DNA of 37,745 nt from a virus (Duplodnaviria; Caudoviricetes): positions 1 through 37,745 of IMG/VR virus record IMGVR_UViG_3300011338_000439; one strand, given 5' to 3'. This document shows positions 1 through 7,370 of the stretch, piece by piece. The notes beneath the pieces are model-generated. The model searched no databases. It was not told where the DNA came from and saw only the letters and a program-made list of their open reading frames with translations. Positions within the stretch are counted from its first letter, which is position 1, and the number at the start of each line of letters is the position of its first letter. Position numbers and translations under genes: made by a program.

Positions 1-1
1 C

Positions 2-529
2 GGCGTCTTGTCGTCCGCGTCGCTTTCGTCGTCCGGTCCAGTCGTCGTCTCGGACTTGACGCGCGGCAGGCTGTCGAACCCCCACGGGACGGCGGGCGTC
101 CCACTCGGACTGCGCCAGAACCGCTTTTCGATCAGGCTGCGAAACTTTTCGTACAGCACCTCGCCATGCATCGTGTGCGTCCAGCCCAGCGCCGGACCCC
201 GGCTGAATAGCCCTTCGCGATTGGCGATCTCGATCGGGATTTTGCGGGCCTCCAGCCATTCCGCGTGCTTGGTGCTGATGCCGCCCGGTGCCATCGTGTC
301 GCGCATAAGTTTTCCCCTTCTCGTCCTCGTCACAGAACCGTGTCCAGCGTTCGCCGCAGTGGTTGCAGGCAAAGTGCACGGCATCGGATTTGATGATCAC
401 GCCTAGGCACCGCTTCTTGCGATTGAGCGGCTTGCGCTTGTGCGAGCACTTTGGACACACGGCGTAGAATTTTGACCGCCCGCCGTCCTTTACGCCCTCT
501 TGCGCAAGAAGCTCATGGGTCGAGAGCAT
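2..529 (-). CDS. Primase-helicase, Twinkle/T7 gp4-like, N-terminal part (runs off window edge)
   Basis: Not in the ORF track; translated by hand. ATG at 529 overlaps the TGA of the upstream gene. MLSTHELL...CPKCSHKRK...RCLGV...FACNHCG is a Cys4 Zn-finger typical of this family, followed by WLEARKI and EKFRSLIEKRFW. The frame is open to the window edge. Confidence 0.8.
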   Translation of the reverse strand, partial: MLSTHELLAQEGVKDGGRSKFYAVCPKCSHKRKPLNRKKRCLGVIIKSDAVHFACNHCGERWTRFCDEDEKGKTYARHDGTGRHQHQARGMAGGPQNPDRDRQSRRAIQPGSGAGLDAHDAWRGAVRKVSQPDRKAVLAQSEWDARRPVGVRQPAARQVRDDDWTGRRKRRGRQDA

Positions 530-1902
530 CACACGACCCCCTTGACCTGACCCGACGTGCGCCAATCGCTATACATCGCTTCGGCCGAGCCGACCTCGTC
601 GGATGGCTTGGCAACGCCGCTCAGTCGTTTGGCCTCCTTGGCGATCAGGTCTTCGATGGCCAGCGCCGACTTCGGGGCGCCGTTGAGTAATCGCGCCTGG
701 ACCACACGGGCCGCACGCTCGACCGCATCGGCAGTCAGGCCCTCGGTTCCCGCCTGGATGCGCCGGACGTCCCCCGCCGTGACGTAGTGGCGGCCCTTCG
801 CGAACTCGATCGTCAGGACCGGCTTGCGCTCGTCACGCGGCAAAGGCTCGGCAACGGACGGCAGCGTCACAGCGGGCAGCCCTCGCTCACGCCGCGCCTT
901 CGCCTCGGCCACGGACGTCGTGAAGAAATCCCATGACCGGATGCTGGACGCTGGTCGCGACCTCGACTTGGCATGGATCGTGGGCAGAATATCTTCGTCG
1001 AGACTCGCCCCCTCGCGAATCCACATCATCGGCGTAGTCAGGCTGAGCAGCCCCGCCGCCCCTGCCGGGTTGGCGAGCCCCGGCCCCGCCGCACTGAGCA
1101 GCCGCCGTGACAGGTCATCGAAACCGTTTGATGACGGATTGGTAGTGGCGTGGGCTACAACCGTTCCGAGCCTTCGCGCGTTACCGTGTAGTTCTTCTTT
1201 CTTTTCTGTATTCTGGCTTTTGTATTCTGTATTTTGTAGAGCACCAGAGCTGTGGTTTTTAGAAACCAGACGTGTGGTGGTGCATACATTGATTTCATTG
1301 GGTTTTTTGGAAAGATGCTGCGAATGCTCAGGCAAAGTTCTCAGGAACTTCTCCCGGACTTCGGCCGGAAGTTCGCCGGAAGTCCGGCCGAAGTTAGCCG
1401 GAAGTTCGTCGGTTCTCATATGCAACTCGTTGACGGATGCAACCAGAGCGCGATCTTTCTGTAGACGTTCTCGCTCTCGCCGCTCCTCCTCGCGACGCAA
1501 CGCGACCGCCCTTTTGCGCTGTGCCTCGGCGACATAACGCTCGATTTCGTGGTCGACGCGCTCGTTGTGGATGCGCTTCTTTTCGTCGATGACGAACTTG
1601 CTCAGCGTCACCAGACGGAGCTTCAAGCGACGATAGGTGCGGATGTCGCAGCCGAGCAGCATGGCGGCCTGCCGGTCGTCGTCGGGCAGCGGCTCCATGC
1701 GATCGTACATCTGCAAGAGCGCGGTCCAATAGAACCCGCGCTCCTCGAACGTCAGCCCTCGCATGCCTTGCAGGAAATCACCGATATGGATGCGCACCCA
1801 GCGCATTTTGAAGTCGTGACCGTCGTCGATAGGTGTCTCGGCCTCGGAAAGGTCAGGGCCGCCGTTATGGCCGATCGGAACGATGGGGTTTTGCGCGCTC
1901 AT
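529..1902 (-). CDS. YdaU/DUF1376-family phage replication initiator-like protein
   Basis: N-terminal WVRIHIGDFLQGMRGLTFEERGFYWTALLQMY...LPDDD...LLGC matches the DUF1376 pattern. The gene carries internal iterons and lies directly upstream of the primase-helicase. Confidence 0.8.
   Translation of the reverse strand: MSAQNPIVPIGHNGGPDLSEAETPIDDGHDFKMRWVRIHIGDFLQGMRGLTFEERGFYWTALLQMYDRMEPLPDDDRQAAMLLGCDIRTYRRLKLRLVTLSKFVIDEKKRIHNERVDHEIERYVAEAQRKRAVALRREEERRERERLQKDRALVASVNELHMRTDELPANFGRTSGELPAEVREKFLRTLPEHSQHLSKKPNEINVCTTTRLVSKNHSSGALQNTEYKSQNTEKKEELHGNARRLGTVVAHATTNPSSNGFDDLSRRLLSAAGPGLANPAGAAGLLSLTTPMMWIREGASLDEDILPTIHAKSRSRPASSIRSWDFFTTSVAEAKARRERGLPAVTLPSVAEPLPRDERKPVLTIEFAKGRHYVTAGDVRRIQAGTEGLTADAVERAARVVQARLLNGAPKSALAIEDLIAKEAKRLSGVAKPSDEVGSAEAMYSDWRTSGQVKGVV
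1204..1407. repeat. Probable replication origin inside the initiator gene (iterons plus AT-rich tract)
   Basis: Four tandem 11-mers at 1364-1407 (GCCGGAAGTTC, GCCGGAAGTCC, GGCCGAAGTTA, GCCGGAAGTTC), inverted copies at ~1345-1366, and five 7-mers of type TTYTGTA at 1204-1238 in an AT-rich stretch. Same layout as the lambda O origin. Confidence 0.7.
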
Positions 1903-2201
1903 AGAATGCCCTCCGACCGGAGGACGGACAGGAGATGGCGCGCGCCTTCCTTCAGCGATTGAAGGTCGACGGGGTCGAGTTGTACATCCGGCACGACGCC
2001 AGCCACGAGGAAATCAACGCGGTCCTCGTCAGTGAAACGCTTGTTGAGCAGACCCGTGCAGATCAGGGCAGCTTGATCTGCCGTGAGCCCGCGCGCGCCG
2101 ATAAAGGGGGCGATAACGCTGGTGATGCGGGTTTCCGCATTGCGCCGTGACCGGCGACGCTCAGAAGCGCGCTTGACGGCAGCAGTTGTTTTCGAGTACA
2201 T
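1899..2201 (-). CDS. Hypothetical protein coupled to the initiator gene
   Basis: Part of ORF 1899..2282. The ATG at 2201 (MYSKTT...) is preferred because the upstream part is structured non-coding sequence. The stop overlaps the start of the initiator gene. Confidence 0.6.
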   Translation of the reverse strand: MYSKTTAAVKRASERRRSRRNAETRITSVIAPFIGARGLTADQAALICTGLLNKRFTDEDRVDFLVAGVVPDVQLDPVDLQSLKEGARHLLSVLRSEGIL

Positions 2202-2204
2202 AGG

Positions 2205-2309
2205 TCTCGCTCTGATTGGAATTGCGACGAACGCGCTACTTTGGTCGGTTACGCGATAGACGCAACGAGACAAGGGGATCACCTAGCGGGTGGTCCCCTT
2301 TCCGTTTTC
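2205..2309 (+). ncRNA. Candidate antisense RNA against the replication-gene leader
   Basis: Promoter-like CTTGAC (2172-2177), 18 nt, GTACAT. A 5' stem-loop (GTCTCG/CGAGAC, TTGCG/CGCAA) is followed by a 12-bp hairpin at 2272-2300 that pairs fully only on the + strand (G-U rather than A-C), then TCCGTTTT. Confidence 0.45.
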
Positions 2310-2922
2310 AGGGGCCAACGAACAGGCCGCCACGGACATGCTTGCGCTCAAGAGCGGCGACGGGGAATGGCTCGCGGATCGCGGCCTGTGCCATGGCAAC
2401 GAGCGGCTTGCCGTCACCAGATTTCTCGGTCGCCGTATTGAACACGTCATTCGGGGACACGTGTTCACTGGTGACGCTGCCATCCGCCTTTCGACTCGTC
2501 CTGACAAACCCGCAGCCGAAATGCTGGGCATCCTCGCGCATCCGCTCAAAGGCGCGAGCGCTCGCCGCATCGACAATCGCCTGAGCCTTGCTCTTCGTCA
2601 TCCCGCCGACGATCTCCTCCGCGATCTTCCCGAGCTTGACGAAGTTGTCGCCTTCTCCGGGAAAGGCCGGAATCTGCATGGTTGTATAGGCGTAAGCGTG
2701 GCTTTCTGGGACGGCGGAATTTACTCTTTCCTTCGCACGCTGCTCTTTTGCACGCCGCAACAGCTCGTCGCCCAGCCGCGCCTGATGGCCGATATCCGGC
2801 GGCATGTTTTGAATCTCGTGACTGCTGATGAAGATGCGAGTGCCGCTCACGTCATAAACGTGCCCGCCGCGCTTCGGGTTGTAGTGACTATACGTGATAC
2901 GCTCTAAAGGTTGCTTGTCCAT
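2308..2922 (-). CDS. Hypothetical protein (204 aa)
   Basis: GC-rich third codon positions, RBS-like GGGAAGGG/GAGAG before the ATG, collinear with the operon. Confidence 0.7.
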   Translation of the reverse strand: MDKQPLERITYSHYNPKRGGHVYDVSGTRIFISSHEIQNMPPDIGHQARLGDELLRRAKEQRAKERVNSAVPESHAYAYTTMQIPAFPGEGDNFVKLGKIAEEIVGGMTKSKAQAIVDAASARAFERMREDAQHFGCGFVRTSRKADGSVTSEHVSPNDVFNTATEKSGDGKPLVAMAQAAIREPFPVAALERKHVRGGLFVGP

Positions 2923-2926
2923 CTCT

Positions 2927-3418
2927 CTACCCTTCCCGCCTCTCAGGTATCGTCCTTGCCATCCATCGATGCTTGGAAACCGAACGCGACAAACGATGCC
3001 CTACGATTCCCAGCGCGCTTAGAGTTGCATAGAAAACATTCTCGGCCAGCGCGACCCTTCCCGAGACTTTTCGGCACCACCACTCGTATTGCTCGTACAA
3101 TTCCGACCCTTCCCACGCACCGGAGCCCCCGGAAAGTTGCATGTACTCGACAAATGACCGTCCGTGGTCAAGGGTTTCTGCGTCAAATTGATCCGTGACC
3201 AGTCGTTCCCAGGTCGTGGATAGTCGTGGCCACTGAATTCCTTGATCTTTCCCAGGTCGTGGACAGTCGTGGACACTCTGTACGCGATCCTTCCCGGACT
3301 CTTCCCAACCCTTCCCAACCCTTCCCAACCCTTCCCGGATGCTTCCCGAGGGTGGGAAGGGTGTGGGAACGGCCAAGTCGGTCAGTCCACGTCCAAGGCG
3401 TTTTGAGATGTGTGTCAT
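2927..3418 (-). CDS. Hypothetical protein; repeat-encoded N-terminus and possible winged-helix C-terminus
   Basis: C-terminal SELYEQYEWWC...LAENVFYATLSALG resembles the winged helix at the end of D5/primase-type proteins. The start is uncertain (ATG 3418, with an out-of-frame ATG at 3422). Confidence 0.55.
   Translation of the reverse strand: MTHISKRLGRGLTDLAVPTPFPPSGSIREGLGRVGKGWEESGKDRVQSVHDCPRPGKDQGIQWPRLSTTWERLVTDQFDAETLDHGRSFVEYMQLSGGSGAWEGSELYEQYEWWCRKVSGRVALAENVFYATLSALGIVGHRLSRSVSKHRWMARTIPERREG
3206..3369. repeat. Array of 10-bp-period repeats and G3 tracts
   Basis: 29-bp direct repeat at 3206-3234 and 3249-3277 (27/29 identical); (CTTCCCAACC)x3 + CTTCCC at 3301-3336; inverted GGGTGGGAAGGGTGTGGG at 3350-3367. 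Confidence 0.9.
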
Positions 3419-3551
3419 TCATGCCCCATTATGGCACTCACAACACACTGCCACGGATGCGCTGGTTTCGTTGACCCCTACAACTCAGACAAAGACGTAA
3501 CGGATTGCGCCTACAACTTAGGTGAGACGCAAAGCAGGCCTTCGAGGTGTG

Positions 3552-3717
3552 GGAAGGATTGGGAAGGGCGGGCCGGGCGCTACTCCGGCGACGCCACAAG
3601 CGGTTGTTTGATCACAAGCCAGCTACGGCTTCCGATGGCGCTACGGCCCCATTAAGCCCGTGGGGAGTATTGGGCTGCGTGTCTGCGTTCCACGCCGCCG
3701 CCCTTCACAATCCTTCC
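3552..3717 (-). ncRNA. Structured RNA with tRNA-like topology, family not recognised
   Basis: Closing stem of 19/20 bp (3717-3698 with 3571-3552), a 2-nt linker, a D-like arm GCGTG/CACGC, internal hairpins and a possible pseudoknot. A T-like arm GCCGG/CCGGC abuts the 3' strand of the closing stem. The element is intergenic. Confidence 0.65.
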
Positions 3718-3721
3718 TTCC

Positions 3722-4027
3722 TCAGAAATACTCTGGACAGATCATTCGTGGCTCGACTTCTCTCGGATAAACATGCGTAATCTGAAACCCAAGCGAGCCT
3801 GCGCGAGTGTCAGGGTGAGCATCGCCTCGACGAAAACCATCAATCGTCGCACGCGCCGCCGCTGCCGCAAAACCTACGGCCTCCCAGGTATTGGCGCATT
3901 CTCGGCACTTCCAGTAGCCGACAGCGTAGCCATCACTCAGGCCGATGGCGCCGTGGCCGCCGCACGATGGGCACGTCACCGTTTCAGGCGTCTCCAGCTT
4001 GACCCTATGGTTTGTTGCCGCACCCAC
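3722..4027 (-). CDS. Zn-ribbon hypothetical protein
   Basis: CPSC...CREC motif; GGAGGGG RBS before a GTG start. Confidence 0.65.
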   Translation of the reverse strand: MGAATNHRVKLETPETVTCPSCGGHGAIGLSDGYAVGYWKCRECANTWEAVGFAAAAARATIDGFRRGDAHPDTRAGSLGFQITHVYPREVEPRMICPEYF

Positions 4028-4042
4028 CGCACCCCTCCAATC

Positions 4043-4315
4043 TCACGCCGTCCGAATTGACGCACGCCGCGAACGGCACGCAGTCTGCTTCGGACGGCTT
4101 TCATGCGCCCGGATCGTCGCCAGCAACGCCTTGAGCGTGTCTGCCGTCGGATTCCAGGCTTCATCATGGAGGTCATTCAGGCTTGAGCGCCCCATGCCCG
4201 CCGCGATCGCCAGTGCCGTCCGGGCCATATGCCCGTCCGTCACAAACTTGCGCACGCGTGCCTTTAAGCGCTCAACCTGCTCGACCTCCTCGACCTCGTT
4301 TCGCATTTCGTTCAT
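4043..4315 (-). CDS. Cro-like helix-turn-helix regulator
   Basis: RTALAIAAGMGRSSLNDL...WNPTADTLKAL is an XRE/Cro-type HTH. It is the first gene of the leftward operon. Start placed at MNEMRN (4315). Confidence 0.75.
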   Translation of the reverse strand: MNEMRNEVEEVEQVERLKARVRKFVTDGHMARTALAIAAGMGRSSLNDLHDEAWNPTADTLKALLATIRAHESRPKQTACRSRRASIRTA

Positions 4316-4453
4316 CTCTCGGAATGAAGCACACTTTAACGCACCTGACAACCGGGCGATACAACTCATGTCGGGCGCGACTTGGCCGACACCGAAATAT
4401 CCACAGCCTGTCAACAGGATGCTGACAAAGTAAAGTTTAGTGCACTTTTTCGA

Positions 4454-4482
4454 TTGACGTTTTAGCAACCTTCAGGCAGTCT
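4454..4482 (+). promoter_or_regulatory. Candidate sigma70 promoter for the rightward early operon
   Basis: TTGACG-N17-CAGTCT in the AT-richer divergent gap. Nearby TGTC..GACA palindromes (~4369-4391, 4409-4427) could be operators. Confidence 0.4.
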
Positions 4483-4582
4483 CGGAACTGCGGCGGGGCA
4501 GGGATGGTCGCCCTGAGCGTGGGGCGAGAGAGGCACACCGTCTCGCAATCGGGGCGACCATCGAAATTCAGGGGAAGGCGTC

Positions 4583-4792
4583 ATGTCCAACAAAACAACG
4601 GGCTGGGAAGCTCTCGCGGCATCCATGGATTTGCAGACGGCGCAAGTGATGGCTGAAACGATCGTGAGTAGGCTGGCGCGCCTAGGCCCGCAAGGGGCGC
4701 AGCATTTGCACCAGATCGTGGCGCAAGCCGAATTGGCGATCAAGATGAGCGAGCGCCAGCCACCGGAGAGATATCATGCTGCCCGAAGGTGA
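4583..4792 (+). CDS. Hypothetical protein (69 aa)
   Basis: GGGGAAGG RBS; first ORF of the rightward operon. Confidence 0.7.
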   Translation: MSNKTTGWEALAASMDLQTAQVMAETIVSRLARLGPQGAQHLHQIVAQAELAIKMSERQPPERYHAARR

Positions 4793-4898
4793 GCCCGGCG
4801 TTGCCGCGTATGCCGCCAGCGCTGCCATCGTGGCGGTGATTCTTGTGGCGATTTTTGCCGTTTTACGCGGATTGCACCAAGCCGGTTGGCTATGGTGA
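4776..4898 (+). CDS. Small single-pass membrane protein (40 aa)
   Basis: Hand-translated: MLPEGEPGVAAYAASAAIVAVILVAIFAVLRGLHQAGWLW; GGAGAG RBS. Confidence 0.6.
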   Translation: MLPEGEPGVAAYAASAAIVAVILVAIFAVLRGLHQAGWLW

Positions 4899-5073
4899 AC
4901 GAGTCCGCCGGTCGGGCTTCCCCCAGGCCGGCGTGAGAGGGTCGCGTCTTCCGCGATCCGGGTTGACCACCTCAACAGTCCGGCGAACGCGGCCGATAGT
5001 CCTTCCGTGACGGCGTGACAGCTTGACGGTTGCGGAGAGTTCGGAACCGTCGTCAATTTGCGAGGATGAGCCC

Positions 5074-5202
5074 ATGGATTTCGATGACAGCTTCAAGTCG
5101 GCAACGCGCCACCAGACAATCAGGACGGTGATTTGGTGTGCGACAATTTTGGTCTGCGCATACTGGGTCGTCCCGATCGCGATCGCCGCACTCAAGCATT
5201 GA
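5074..5202 (+). CDS. Small single-pass membrane protein (42 aa)
   Basis: Hand-translated: MDFDDSFKSATRHQTIRTVIWCATILVCAYWVVPIAIAALKH; GAGGA RBS 7 nt upstream. Confidence 0.6.
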   Translation: MDFDDSFKSATRHQTIRTVIWCATILVCAYWVVPIAIAALKH

Positions 5203-5232
5203 ATCGTCGCCAATTAAAGAGGGAAAAGTAGC

Positions 5233-5652
5233 GTGAACCGCATGGACGTACCGATGGACTCGCCGCTGGGCAAGCTTCTGATGCAGAAAATTGCTGCGAA
5301 AGAAGAGGCGGATTTCGAGAAGTTGCCGAAGATCGCCGTGGAGAACCGCGCCCGCGTCCTTCTCGATGCCCTGGAGGATTGGGGCAAGCCGTGCCCGTTC
5401 GTGCGCGGCAACCTCGTTGCTCCAAAGGACGATCGTGAATTTCCGGGCGGGGGCGTCTGGCGGCCGGAGGCCCTCGGCATTGTCGTGCGCGTGCTTGACG
5501 CGCCTTACGTTGGCGACATCGACGACACGGGCGGAACCGGCATCGATGCTGACATGGTGATCCTGCTGGCCGGGCCAACAGACGGCTCTCTGAGTGAGAA
5601 GTTTGCACATTCGCGCAATTTCAAGCTCTACACCGGGCCGGTGGCGGACTGA
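5233..5652 (+). CDS. Hypothetical protein (139 aa)
   Basis: Good codon bias and a GAGGG RBS; exact start uncertain. Confidence 0.75.
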   Translation: MNRMDVPMDSPLGKLLMQKIAAKEEADFEKLPKIAVENRARVLLDALEDWGKPCPFVRGNLVAPKDDREFPGGGVWRPEALGIVVRVLDAPYVGDIDDTGGTGIDADMVILLAGPTDGSLSEKFAHSRNFKLYTGPVAD

Positions 5653-5702
5653 CGGAATTGCCGACACCTCCCATGTGAGGCTAGCTCGGCAAATGCCCGC
5701 CG

Positions 5703-5987
5703 ATGGTTCACCAATGGCAGGTCGACCACAAATGCCAAATGCGATGCTGCGTCAACCCAGATCACATGCAACTACTCGACGCCGCAGCACATCAGAACGT
5801 CACTATGGCACGTCTTCCTGAGCACTTTTCGACGACACGCGCCCGAGAGCGAACGCACTGCAAATATGGTCACGAATGGACGCCTGAAAATCAATACCGC
5901 GCGCAGAGCGGCTATCGCGGCTGTATAATCTGCAAGCGTGAATATCTTCGCACCTGGAGGAAGGCCCGAAATGGCGCGCGTAACTAG
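5703..5987 (+). pseudogene. N-terminally truncated HNH homing endonuclease with a C-terminal Zn finger
   Basis: VDHKCQMRCCVNPDHMQ is an HNH core and THCKYGHEWTPEN...CIIC is the associated Zn finger. There is an in-frame TAG at 5682-5684, the usual N-terminal half is missing and there is no clear RBS. Confidence 0.6.
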
Positions 5988-7347
5988 AGATACACGGCAG
6001 CAAGCCTACCTCAAGGCGGGAATTCTTGGCTTCCAGGGGGCAGGCAAGACGACGACAGCCGCGAACATGGCTGTGGGGCTTGCGAAGCACATGCAAAGCC
6101 TTGGGCTGGAGGACGGCAGCAAGCCCATCTTCATGCTGGACACTGAAACCGGCGTCGACTGGATATTCGATATCGTCGACAAAGCAGGCTTGGAGCTTGA
6201 CGTTGAGCGCTCTCGCGCCTTTCGCGACCTATTGCCATACGCTCGCAAGGCCGAAAAAGAAGCGTCCGTGCTAATTTTGGACAGCATAAGTCATCTGTGG
6301 ACTGAGCTTTGCGATAGCTATCAGAAGGTTCGCGCCGCGAAGCTCAACCGCGAAACCTACCGCCTGCAATTCGAGGATTGGGCGTGGCTGAAAGGGCAGT
6401 GGCGCCAATTCACGGATTTCTTTGTTAACTCGCGGCTGCACATCATCGCCTGCGGTCGCGCTGGTTACGAGTACGATTACTTTGAGGACGATCGCGGCAA
6501 GAAGCAGCTCGAAAAGACCGGCATCAAGATGAAGGCCGAGGGCGAGTTTACATTCGAGCCCAGCCTTGTGATCATGATGGACCGAGAGACCGACCCGGAT
6601 ACGCACAAGGTCACGCGTACGGCGGATATTCTGAAGGATCGATCGGCGCTGATTGACGGGAAGCGCTTCGTCAATCCGACGTTCAAGGATTTCCTGCCGC
6701 ACATCCAGAAACTCAACCTGGGCGGGTCGCATAAATCATTTGACGCTAGCCGCACCAGCGAGGGCATGATGCCGGCCGACGATGCACCGTCGGACATGAA
6801 GAGCGTGCGCCGTCAGATCGCTGTCGACGAAATCCAAGCCCTCATGGTCAAACACCACCCCACGACCGGAACGGAAGACAAGAAAGCGAAGGCCGCACTC
6901 CTGTTCAAATACTTCCACACCAACTCGTGGACGGAGGTCGAGCGTTTGATGCCCCTTGCCGACCTACAGGCAGGCTACGACGCCATGCACCGCGATCTTG
7001 AGGGCAAGGCGTCACGCTACGGCGTGCAGGAGGTGCCGCAAGGCCCTGTTGACGAGCTGCCCGAGTTTCCCGGTGACATGAAGGAAGCGACTATCACGCC
7101 AACGGAACCGGCGGCGGCAAAACCCGCCCACGCCGCGACACAAGAGATCACCGACGACGAGCGCACGATGCTCGCCAACGATTTCCTCGCGGGCCTTGAT
7201 GCCGTCGAGACAGGCGAGGCTCTTGTCGAGTATCTTGACGGCGTCGAAGAGATCATGCGGCTGATGGACAAGGTGAGGCAGGCGAAAATTGATCTCGCCA
7301 TCAAGAAGGCCCGCAAGCGCGTGTCGACGAAGAAGCAACCGGCGTAA
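5971..7347 (+). CDS. AAA_24/Sak4-like P-loop ATPase (recombination)
   Basis: Walker A GFQGAGKT, MLDTE, Walker B VLILDSISHLW; GGAGG RBS before ATG 5971. Confidence 0.8.
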   Translation: MARVTRDTRQQAYLKAGILGFQGAGKTTTAANMAVGLAKHMQSLGLEDGSKPIFMLDTETGVDWIFDIVDKAGLELDVERSRAFRDLLPYARKAEKEASVLILDSISHLWTELCDSYQKVRAAKLNRETYRLQFEDWAWLKGQWRQFTDFFVNSRLHIIACGRAGYEYDYFEDDRGKKQLEKTGIKMKAEGEFTFEPSLVIMMDRETDPDTHKVTRTADILKDRSALIDGKRFVNPTFKDFLPHIQKLNLGGSHKSFDASRTSEGMMPADDAPSDMKSVRRQIAVDEIQALMVKHHPTTGTEDKKAKAALLFKYFHTNSWTEVERLMPLADLQAGYDAMHRDLEGKASRYGVQEVPQGPVDELPEFPGDMKEATITPTEPAAAKPAHAATQEITDDERTMLANDFLAGLDAVETGEALVEYLDGVEEIMRLMDKVRQAKIDLAIKKARKRVSTKKQPA

Positions 7348-7370
7348 CATTTCAACCAAGGAGACGAGAC

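Noticed and set aside
3552-3717. Canonical tRNA or tmRNA gene
   Set aside because: No TTCRA T-loop, no 7-nt anticodon loop, no CCA and no tag reading frame. Kept only as a tRNA-like RNA.
4043-4792. Classical cI/cro lysogeny switch
   Set aside because: The leftward gene is Cro-like, but the rightward 69-aa ORF has no HTH or S24 peptidase domain. No integrase or att site is seen in the window.
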